Virus record (IMG/VR): IMGVR_UViG_3300029267_004179
Coordinates: 32,001-96,000 of that record
Length of the DNA: 64,000 nucleotides
Origin: a virus
Direction: 5' to 3' (one strand)
Below, piece by piece: positions 56,246 through 64,000 of this stretch. The position numbers and the translations under genes are program-made. How positions within the stretch are numbered: the stretch's first letter is position 1; each line of letters starts with the position of its first letter. Under the pieces are notes generated by a model. The model had not been told where the DNA came from. It worked only from the letters and a program-made list of their open reading frames with translations, and made no database searches.

Positions 56246-57115
56246 GTGAGGGTATTAATTGTTGACTGTTATGCTGTAGCACGTGCTGCTCAATATGTGA
56301 AATCTTCTATGCATATGAGGTATATTGACCAGCCTACAAATGTTATTTATGGATTCATAATTAAGATCATCTCAATTGCAGAGATTGCGCAGCCCGATGT
56401 TATAGCATTTGCTTGGGACTCAAAGCATGGTATAGATGGCAGACTAAAAGCTTTCCCGGATTACAAAAAAGAAAGGATTAAAAAGAAGAAAACGAAGACT
56501 CCAGAGGAAATTGAATCTGATAACTTTGCAAATCAGCAAATAGACTTGCTGAGGGATGAGATTTTGCGTTCTCTTGGTTTTTCAAATGTGTACTTTAAAG
56601 ATGGATTTGAAGGGGATGATATAGTAGCAAGCTTGGTATATTCAAATCCAGGTAATAAGTTTATTATTTTATCATCAGATAATGACTTTTATCAGCTTCT
56701 TGGAGATGATACACATATGATACTTCCAGGCCAGGTTGTTTTTACCGAAAAATCATTGATGAAGAAATGGGGAGTTACGCCTGATGAGTGGGCTATTGTC
56801 AAATGTATAGCTGGATGTAAAGGCGATGAGGTGCCGGGAGTTGAAAGGGTAAAGGAAAAGACAGCTATCAAATTTTTACATGGCAAACTTAAAGAGACTA
56901 CAAAAGCATATCAGAAGATCATGGAAAGTGAAGAGTTGATAAAAAGGAACTTTGATCTTGTAGTTCTGCCGCTTGATGGTACTCCTGAGATAATAGTTAA
57001 GAAAGATAAAACTTTTAAGGCTAAAAATTATATGGATGTGATGAAAAGATTTGGCTTTATGAGTCTTATGACTGATGAAAGATTAAAGCGTTGGTTGAGG
57101 GTTATGAATGGCTAA
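56246..57115 (+). CDS. 5'-3' exonuclease/flap endonuclease (PolI N-terminal-like)
   Basis: LIVD, WDS, R....PDYK..R, EGDD, SSD.D..QL, G...D.VPGV....EKTA. Confidence 0.92.
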   Translation: MRVLIVDCYAVARAAQYVKSSMHMRYIDQPTNVIYGFIIKIISIAEIAQPDVIAFAWDSKHGIDGRLKAFPDYKKERIKKKKTKTPEEIESDNFANQQIDLLRDEILRSLGFSNVYFKDGFEGDDIVASLVYSNPGNKFIILSSDNDFYQLLGDDTHMILPGQVVFTEKSLMKKWGVTPDEWAIVKCIAGCKGDEVPGVERVKEKTAIKFLHGKLKETTKAYQKIMESEELIKRNFDLVVLPLDGTPEIIVKKDKTFKAKNYMDVMKRFGFMSLMTDERLKRWLRVMNG

Positions 57116-57632
57116 GAAAAATTTATCCAAAAAAAGTAAAACAGCTCTTCGGAATAAAAGAAGGGGCAAAGGTTTCCAGTCTACTTTGGCCAAACTTACA
57201 GGTGGCCGGAATATAGGAACACTTGGTGGCGAAGATGTAGAGCATGATGAGTTTTCTTATGAAGCCAAGACTTTGAAAGGTGGCTTCATAGGAGATAGAT
57301 GGCTTGCTGCTCTTGAATCTAAGATGGAAAACTGTAAAACTTGTGCAGTGATATGGTCAAATGGCTTGGGCCACCCAGCTCTTGCTATGTTAAGGTTTGA
57401 TAATTGGGTTAATAGGAATGACTGCACATATTTTTGTGCCAAAAAGATTACAAAGAGATTTAAAGGTGCAAAGATGTTTGATCAATGTGTAAAAAACTGC
57501 CCAGCCGGTAAGACTCCGGTTGTTGTGGTCCATTCAGTTGGGCAGTATCATAAAAATGACATAGTTGTGATCCAGTATGATGATTTAGCAAAGCTTGTTT
57601 GTCTAAGAGTATCGAAGAAAGTAAAAATATGA
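57108..57632 (+). CDS. putative PD-(D/E)xK nuclease / Holliday junction resolvase
   Basis: NKRRG..F, EDV....FSYEAK. Confidence 0.55.
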   Translation: MAKKNLSKKSKTALRNKRRGKGFQSTLAKLTGGRNIGTLGGEDVEHDEFSYEAKTLKGGFIGDRWLAALESKMENCKTCAVIWSNGLGHPALAMLRFDNWVNRNDCTYFCAKKITKRFKGAKMFDQCVKNCPAGKTPVVVVHSVGQYHKNDIVVIQYDDLAKLVCLRVSKKVKI

Positions 57633-58720
57633 TCAAGCACATAAGGCTTAAATATTTTCAAGGGTATAAAGACTCTACATTTGAATTTACTCCTGGTATT
57701 AATACAATTATAGGGGTTACCCAATCAGGCAAAACATCCCTACCAAGAGCTATTGATTTGGTGAATAGGAATAGGCCTTTTGGGTTTCAGTATAACCATA
57801 ATTATTCAGATAACAATGCCACTGAGGTTGAGATCGGAACTGTTGAAGGAGATGTGGTTTCAATTGAAAAAAGTAAAACTAATAACAATTCAGTCTCAAC
57901 TATATACAAGGCAAATGGAGAAAGGTTCAAAGGCAAGGTAGTGCCTGACATGGTCAGCTCTATCCTCAACCTTGGTGATTTGAACTATCAGAACCAACTT
58001 GAAGCAAGAAAACTATCATTATCCACTCCTGGGGATATTGCCAAGATAATAAATAAGGCAGTCAAGGCAGAGCAGTCTCATATGATGATAAAAGCAGCCA
58101 ATTCAAAGATTGACTCTATGAAGGCTGAATGTAAAGTCCATAAGAAGGATATAGAACGTGATGAAGCAAGGCTTGTAGATTTTGAAGGGCTTGATCAAGT
58201 AAGTGTTATGATAGCTGACGCAGAGGAATTATCAGATGAAAAAGTAAAACTTATCGATGAACTTCAGTCTATATCTGAACTCATAGAAGATTGGTATGAT
58301 TCTGATGAGGATGAGCATCGATATTCAGATTTGCCAAAGATACAAAAGTCCATTGGGAGGCTTGAGTTTAAAATAGATAATTATAAAACTTTATCCGCTG
58401 ATAAAAATAGCTTGGATGAGCTGGTCAATGAACATAACAAGGCAAGCTCAGCATCAGATATCAAAGTAGACACAATAAGCAAGCTGATATCCGATGCTGA
58501 AGAAATTATAGACAGTATAGACAATTTGGAGGAAATAGGTGATGAACTATGTAATTTGTTTGATGCCATAGACAGAGTTGATGAAACATCCGGAAAGTCA
58601 GCCAATGCGTCAGGTAAATTAAAGGATGAACTGTTAAAGCTTGGTAAGTGCCCATTTTGTGATACTAAAATTACCAAGAAGAAAGCATTGGAGGTCATTA
58701 GAAAATATGAAGTTTGTTAG
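57629..58720 (+). CDS. SbcC/Rad50-like ATPase, N-terminal half
   Basis: FQ......F..GIN.IIG..QSGKT, Q-loop Q.Q, coiled coil ending in zinc hook CPFC. Confidence 0.88.
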   Translation: MIKHIRLKYFQGYKDSTFEFTPGINTIIGVTQSGKTSLPRAIDLVNRNRPFGFQYNHNYSDNNATEVEIGTVEGDVVSIEKSKTNNNSVSTIYKANGERFKGKVVPDMVSSILNLGDLNYQNQLEARKLSLSTPGDIAKIINKAVKAEQSHMMIKAANSKIDSMKAECKVHKKDIERDEARLVDFEGLDQVSVMIADAEELSDEKVKLIDELQSISELIEDWYDSDEDEHRYSDLPKIQKSIGRLEFKIDNYKTLSADKNSLDELVNEHNKASSASDIKVDTISKLISDAEEIIDSIDNLEEIGDELCNLFDAIDRVDETSGKSANASGKLKDELLKLGKCPFCDTKITKKKALEVIRKYEVC

Positions 58721-59660
58721 TTTAAGCGACATACATTTGGTCACTGCTAATCCTGTTGCGAGAAAAGATAATATTTTGGATACTCAAAATTTGAAGCTGG
58801 AATATGCTTTTGAGTTTGCCGCAGATACCGGCTCATCTATACTTCAAGCAGGTGATTTTCCTGATTCCCCAAGAAGCTGGCATTTGCTGCCAATGCTTAT
58901 AAGGATGATTCAGAAGCATGGAGTTCAGATATTTGGCGTGTACGGCCAACATGATACATACCTATATTCAGAGGAATTAAGGCATGCAACTACTCTTGGT
59001 GTGCTTAACCACATAGGCCTTATCAACATAGTTGATGATGAGCCGTATGAAGCGGAGCCGGGAACTTTTATTACAGGTGTCAGTTTTGGCGGTGAAGTGC
59101 CAAAGCCTGTTGAAGGTGCAGATTTGAATATTCTGGTTATTCACAAAGGGATATCAAACGCCCCACTATGGCCTGGTCATAAGTATACAAAGGCAAGTTC
59201 TTTCCTCAAAAAGCACAAATATGACTTTATTCTGTGCGGCGATATTCACAAGAAGTTCATTAACAGGTCAAAAGGCAGGATTATCTGCAATACTGGACCT
59301 ATGTTAAGGATTGAGGCTACTGATGAGATGCTTACTCATAAACCAGGGTTTTATGTTTATGATACAGAAGATCGCAGCATCCAATGGGAAGAGATACCAC
59401 ATCTACCATCTTCAGAAGTGCTTTCCAGAGACCATATAGAGTCAAGGCTGAGAGCAGAGGAAGCAGCAGAGGAGTTTTCCTCTGGCATTAAGCAAATGCT
59501 CAAAGAGGACGGCTATGACTTTGTTACTGATAAAGATAAGTATAGTTTTATAGATACACTTCATAATATTATACAGTCAGGAAGTCTTGAAGATGAAATA
59601 ACTAAAATTTTGATTGAGATAGCGGGTGAAATCGATGACACCAGAGCAAAAACTGATTAG
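58707..59660 (+). CDS. SbcD/Mre11-like metallophosphoesterase nuclease
   Basis: SDIH, AGD..D, GQHD, H, GDIH, N.G...R. Confidence 0.9.
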   Translation: MKFVSLSDIHLVTANPVARKDNILDTQNLKLEYAFEFAADTGSSILQAGDFPDSPRSWHLLPMLIRMIQKHGVQIFGVYGQHDTYLYSEELRHATTLGVLNHIGLINIVDDEPYEAEPGTFITGVSFGGEVPKPVEGADLNILVIHKGISNAPLWPGHKYTKASSFLKKHKYDFILCGDIHKKFINRSKGRIICNTGPMLRIEATDEMLTHKPGFYVYDTEDRSIQWEEIPHLPSSEVLSRDHIESRLRAEEAAEEFSSGIKQMLKEDGYDFVTDKDKYSFIDTLHNIIQSGSLEDEITKILIEIAGEIDDTRAKTD

Positions 59661-59886
59661 TTTGAAGGATATCGCAGAGTCACTGATAACAAAGGTAGCA
59701 ATAGCCAAGTCTGAAAAGGCAAAGATTATCAAGAATCTGCAGAAAAGGCACAATATTAAGACTATAGATGCAGCTATTGCCAGAGCAGATGAAATATCAG
59801 AACAACTTCCCGAACTTGAAAAGAGCCTAAGCACTCTTGTTGATGACATAGAGCTTAGGTTGAAGAGGATTGAGGATGAGCAATAA
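59635..59886 (+). CDS. small coiled-coil protein
   Basis: Heptad pattern; lies between SbcD and the C-terminal SbcC half. Confidence 0.6.
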   Translation: MTPEQKLISLKDIAESLITKVAIAKSEKAKIIKNLQKRHNIKTIDAAIARADEISEQLPELEKSLSTLVDDIELRLKRIEDEQ

Positions 59887-60511
59887 TTTATCTGCTTTAA
59901 AGGAAAAATATATAAAGCTTGAGTCTTCCCGTCAGTCTATCCAAGATTCTATAGGTCATAAGACAGAAAGGATAGCTATACTGGATAAAAGAATAATGGA
60001 CTATATCCAAGCAAGGTCCATTGTTTCTGAAATTGCCCAAGCAACAGTAGGGAAGTTTTTGGCTAATATTGAGAAGATTATATCCAGTGCATTAACTTCT
60101 GTTTTTGAAAAACCACTACAACTTAAACTTGACTTCAAAGAAAAGGCCAACAGACTACAATGCAAATCCATTATCATAGATAATGGTTATGAATATGATC
60201 CACGCTATGATAAAGGCGGAGGTATGCTTGATATACTTGATTTTGCATTTCGTATTGTCTTTTGGGCTATAGAAAGGCCAAGGAGAAGGAACTTAATCAT
60301 ATTAGATGAGCCCTTTACCGGCTTAGGTGTAAAAGCAGTAGAAGCAGCTATAATGCTTAAACACTTATCCAAAGCAGTATCAGAGGCGTTGAAAACAGAG
60401 CCATTACAGATAATCATATTGACTCATATAATTGAATTGATGCAGGTATCTGATACCTGTTATAATGTGACTAATGACGGAACTACGAGTACAATCAAAA
60501 GACTAAAGTGA
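59876..60511 (+). CDS. SbcC/Rad50-like ATPase, C-terminal half
   Basis: Coiled coil, KGGG signature, LIILDEPF Walker B, ILTH H-loop. Confidence 0.88.
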   Translation: MSNNLSALKEKYIKLESSRQSIQDSIGHKTERIAILDKRIMDYIQARSIVSEIAQATVGKFLANIEKIISSALTSVFEKPLQLKLDFKEKANRLQCKSIIIDNGYEYDPRYDKGGGMLDILDFAFRIVFWAIERPRRRNLIILDEPFTGLGVKAVEAAIMLKHLSKAVSEALKTEPLQIIILTHIIELMQVSDTCYNVTNDGTTSTIKRLK

Positions 60512-60783
60512 TTCAAATGGCTACATATGTTTACACTTTTAGTTGTAATTGCTTAGTACCAACATCAAAAAGGCTACCAAGAAACCAGAAAGGACGCAAG
60601 GCTTGCCCTATTCATGATACAGCAGTTGTCAGTATTGAGAAGCTTTGCTCATGTTGTAAGTCGGCTACAGTACACCACACCAATTATTTCCTATGTATAG
60701 ATTGCTTCAGAAAACCAACCAACCCATTTGATGAGGAAGGTGAACTTCCATGGCCAAATCTCAGCAGCAGCAGCTCTTCTTAA
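60508..60783 (+). CDS. small Cys-rich protein
   Basis: CxC, CPxH, CxxC, CxxC. Confidence 0.55.
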   Translation: MIQMATYVYTFSCNCLVPTSKRLPRNQKGRKACPIHDTAVVSIEKLCSCCKSATVHHTNYFLCIDCFRKPTNPFDEEGELPWPNLSSSSSS

Positions 60784-60947
60784 TAGTGTTATTTTAACGG
60801 TCAGTTTATTAGTTAAAATGGTGCTATAGTATTCTATTAAGTGCCTTTCAAAATACTTCTAATTTTTTCAAATAAAAAAAGTCTTTATTTAAATATAAAT
60901 TTTTTATATATTACTCCTTATGCTTTCATATTATAGGAGGGAACTGT

Positions 60948-61532
60948 ATGGAGAGGATTAGGAGACCAACAAGAGCTGATACGAGAGTGCCAAGGAAACC
61001 AGGTAGGAAGAAGGGGCAAACTGCTGGTATAACATGGCGTAGGCAATTGTTCATTAATGCTTATTGTGAAATGGTAGTACCAAGTGTCTATGCTGCTTTC
61101 AAGAAGGCAGGGTATAGGGCAAGGGGTGCTCCAGGTAGGGTTGCAGCTTGGAAGGTGAGGTGGCAACCTGATGTAGCTGAGGCTATTAGGGAACGTCAGC
61201 TGAGGATGAGGGCTGAATCGGAGCTGACTGAGAGGGATATTCTTGAGGAGTTGAAGAAGATAGCCACTATAGATGTCAGGAACCTGTATAATGGTGACGG
61301 GTCACTAAAGGCTTTGCATGAGATTGATGATTATACTGCCGCTGCTATAGCTGGTGTTGATATAGCTATTAACAAGGAAGGTGAGGCCTATATTAGGAAG
61401 GTTAAGACGTGCGACAGGCAAAAGGCCTTGTTAATGTATGGCAAGCATTTAGGCATGTTTACTCCTGATAGGACAAGTGATAATCAAGGTGCTCCGGTTG
61501 AGCTGATAATTGAGGAAGACAAGGATGACTGA
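60948..61532 (+). CDS. terminase small subunit
   Basis: F..AY, A...AGY, IL.EL.KIA..D.R.LY..DG.LK...E.D...AAAI, D...AL...GKHLGMF. Confidence 0.92.
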   Translation: MERIRRPTRADTRVPRKPGRKKGQTAGITWRRQLFINAYCEMVVPSVYAAFKKAGYRARGAPGRVAAWKVRWQPDVAEAIRERQLRMRAESELTERDILEELKKIATIDVRNLYNGDGSLKALHEIDDYTAAAIAGVDIAINKEGEAYIRKVKTCDRQKALLMYGKHLGMFTPDRTSDNQGAPVELIIEEDKDD

Positions 61533-62856
61533 TAATGTGACACCTAATAGGACAAGATATCTTGCCCGGTCTCATCAGATGAAAGTAATCAGGTCAACTA
61601 AGCGCAATATATTTATGGGTGGTGGAGTAGGGTGTGGCAAAACAGATGCAGGATCACTTTGGGTGGTTAAACAAGTGAAGAAAACACCAAAAGGTGTAAT
61701 AGGAATAGTAGCTGCAAACTCATATAGTCAGCTAATAGATTCAACCCTAAGAAACCTGTACAAAAACTTCAGAAGCTGGAACATACCTATTTCCCCGTCA
61801 GAACCACCTACAAGGCATCATCCTGTCAATTTAAGAGTATGGAATGGAGTAAACTGGATAGAGATTATTTGCCGATCTTTGGACAACTATGCATTGCTAT
61901 CTGGTGTCGAAGTAGGATGGACTTGGACAGATGAATGCTGGATGACTAAAAGAGAAGCCATTGACATCCTATTTGCCAGATTAAGGGACAGGAGGATGGA
62001 GAACCAAATGCTATTTACAACCACTCTTGATGACCCTTCCTCCTGGATGTATGAATTATTTGTGGACAACTTTGATGAAGATATCATGGAAGTCTTATAT
62101 GCCACAACTTTTGATAATGAAAAGAACTTGGCAAAGGGTTATATATCCACTTTGCAAAGGTTGTATGATAGAAGACTTTATAAGAGAATGGTGCTGTCTA
62201 AATGGGTATCCCTTACAGGTGAGCAAATATATCACTCTTTTGACCGGACTAAGCACAGTAATGAAATAGCCGAATTTGACCCAAATTTACCTATACTTTG
62301 GAGTCATGATTTCAATATTGGGGTTGGAAAGCCAATGTCCTCTTGTCTATGCCAGATGAAGAATGGTGAGTCTCCAAGCGGTATATTTAGGCCGGAACTT
62401 CATGTATTTGATGAAATCATATTAGATGGGACAAGAACACAAGGGGCAATAGAAGAGTTCCAGTCTTCAGACTATTACAGGAAGGGCTTATCAGGCGTTG
62501 TGATCTATGGAGATGCTACTGGAAGGCATAGGGATACCCGAAGTAATAGGACTGATTATACACTGCTGGAAAACGAAGGATTCACAGATCAGAAAGTCCC
62601 AACAAAGAATCCTCCTATTAGAAGCAGGCATAATGCTGTTAACTCTTTGTTGCAGAATCAAGAGGGTGATGTTAGATTGATAGTGCACCCAAGATGCAAG
62701 ACTATTTTGAAAGGGTTGGAAACAGTTCATATTAAGAAGGGTGCTCAATATATAGAGGAGGAAACCAGGGAGCAACACGTCACAACTGCATTAGGGTATT
62801 TAGTGAATCGTGAGTTCCCAATAGAAAGGCCTATGGCTGTAAGCCAAGAGGTATGA
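61525..62856 (+). CDS. terminase large subunit
   Basis: GG.GCGKT, W.DE, TT.DN, DFN, DEI, YGDATG, HP.C. Confidence 0.93.
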   Translation: MTDNVTPNRTRYLARSHQMKVIRSTKRNIFMGGGVGCGKTDAGSLWVVKQVKKTPKGVIGIVAANSYSQLIDSTLRNLYKNFRSWNIPISPSEPPTRHHPVNLRVWNGVNWIEIICRSLDNYALLSGVEVGWTWTDECWMTKREAIDILFARLRDRRMENQMLFTTTLDDPSSWMYELFVDNFDEDIMEVLYATTFDNEKNLAKGYISTLQRLYDRRLYKRMVLSKWVSLTGEQIYHSFDRTKHSNEIAEFDPNLPILWSHDFNIGVGKPMSSCLCQMKNGESPSGIFRPELHVFDEIILDGTRTQGAIEEFQSSDYYRKGLSGVVIYGDATGRHRDTRSNRTDYTLLENEGFTDQKVPTKNPPIRSRHNAVNSLLQNQEGDVRLIVHPRCKTILKGLETVHIKKGAQYIEEETREQHVTTALGYLVNREFPIERPMAVSQEV

Positions 62857-62870
62857 TATTGGAGGTAATT

Positions 62871-64000
62871 ATGAAAGCTGAAAATTCTGTTAATGTGCCG
62901 ACTGAAGACTATTTAACCTATATGGCTCATTTAAGCCCTGTCTTGTCATTGCTTAGTGGGACAAGAGGCATGAGAGAAGCCGGTGAGATGCTGTTGCCAA
63001 GATCAGAGGGGGAATCAGAGAAGGGTTATGCAGCAAGGCTTAAAAGGTCATTTTTGAAAAACTATTTCAGAAGGACGTTGCAAAAGATGACAGGAGAAGT
63101 GTTGTCTAAAAAGATTGTTGTGAATCCTCAGAGTAGTTCTAAAGAAATTGACTTGATTGTAGCAGATGTTGATCAGCTTGGGAATGATATAACAAGGTTT
63201 TCAGGACCTGTATTGTTAAGTGGTATAGCAGATGGCTTCACAGCAGTTCAAGTTGACTATCCGGATGTCAAAAAAGTCGAGAAGGATGGTATCTTGTACT
63301 ATAATGATGAAGATGGCCCTGATCCTGGGTGGAAGCAATTTACTGCTGAGGTTGAGCAAGCAAAAGGCTGGAGGCCATATTTTATTCATATCAAATCTAA
63401 GAACATCATAGGAGGTAGGGCTGAACTTGTTGATGGGAAAATAGTGATAAAACAACTTAGGATCAAAGAATATTCAGATGAACCTGCTGGCAGCTATGGG
63501 ACAAAGAGGGCTGAGCATATCCGTGTTCTTGAGCCAGGCAAGTGGGAGTTATATGAAGAAATCAAAGATGCTAAAGGGCAAAAAACATGGGAAGTAATAA
63601 AAAGCGGAACAACGGCGCTTAACTATATTCCTGTTCATTTTTACAAAACTGGCGAAGCACTATCATTACTTACCAACAAACCTCCATTAGAAGATTTGGC
63701 AGACATGAATATATGCCACTGGCAGTCAAGTAGTGACCAACGCAATATTTTGCATTACTCAAGATTTGCTATGTGGTTCGGGAAGATGCTACCTATAGAT
63801 GGGACCGGCAAAGTTAAGTTTGGGGGCAATAGGCTTTTACTTGGCAAAGACCCAGAAAGTGATTTAAAAGTTGTAGAGCATACAGGGAAAGCAATTGAGG
63901 CTGGACGGAATGATCTGAAGGATTTGGAAGAAGGTATGGCGATGTACGGCTTGACATTCATGATGCCAAAGACTGGTAATATAACAGCAACAAGTCATGC
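62871..64000 (+). CDS. portal protein (DUF4055-like), partial
   Basis: GGAGG RBS; L..GT..MR.AG...LP....E....Y..RL..S...N.F; PPL.DLA.MN..HWQS.SDQ; open to the window end. Confidence 0.9.
   Translation, partial: MKAENSVNVPTEDYLTYMAHLSPVLSLLSGTRGMREAGEMLLPRSEGESEKGYAARLKRSFLKNYFRRTLQKMTGEVLSKKIVVNPQSSSKEIDLIVADVDQLGNDITRFSGPVLLSGIADGFTAVQVDYPDVKKVEKDGILYYNDEDGPDPGWKQFTAEVEQAKGWRPYFIHIKSKNIIGGRAELVDGKIVIKQLRIKEYSDEPAGSYGTKRAEHIRVLEPGKWELYEEIKDAKGQKTWEVIKSGTTALNYIPVHFYKTGEALSLLTNKPPLEDLADMNICHWQSSSDQRNILHYSRFAMWFGKMLPIDGTGKVKFGGNRLLLGKDPESDLKVVEHTGKAIEAGRNDLKDLEEGMAMYGLTFMMPKTGNITATSH

Noticed and set aside
49510-62856. Inteins or introns in DnaE, RecA or terminase
   Set aside because: Motifs are collinear with normal spacing; no intein splice motifs or frame breaks

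Overview
The whole window is a tailed dsDNA bacteriophage of siphovirus type, and it probably covers most of a circularly permuted genome. It opens in the head-completion genes and ends inside the portal gene; scaffold and major capsid genes are not in the window. Layout: neck and tail morphogenesis with a 2215-aa tape measure (0.2-20.3 kb, +). Then a lysis region with a GH43-like hydrolase, a stand-alone dual-PAS protein, an M15 endolysin and a holin (21-24.7 kb, +), and a minus-strand block of small accessory genes (24.7-31.4 kb). Next come DnaB, SNF2 helicase and primase (32-36.7 kb, +), followed by an early region (37.1-44.2 kb, +). That region has a boxA-led structured RNA leader, three type II hammerhead ribozymes, a Ycf46-type AAA/DUF2997/DUF1257/DUF3150-like module and a sigma-like gene. 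A putative nucleotide-modification cluster (FAD oxidoreductase, ThyX, Nmad-like protein, radical SAM, divergent thymidylate-synthase fold, HAD) runs into a DnaE fused to a family-4 uracil-DNA glycosylase (44.4-53.2 kb). Recombination genes (UvsY-like, SSB, RecA-like, 5'-3' exonuclease, split SbcC with SbcD) and terminase/portal close the window. Seven copies of a roughly 55-80 bp intergenic element with an invariant 22-bp core recur every 5-12 kb. I saw no integrase, tRNA, CRISPR array or reverse transcriptase. Family assignments come from motif recognition by eye, not database searches.
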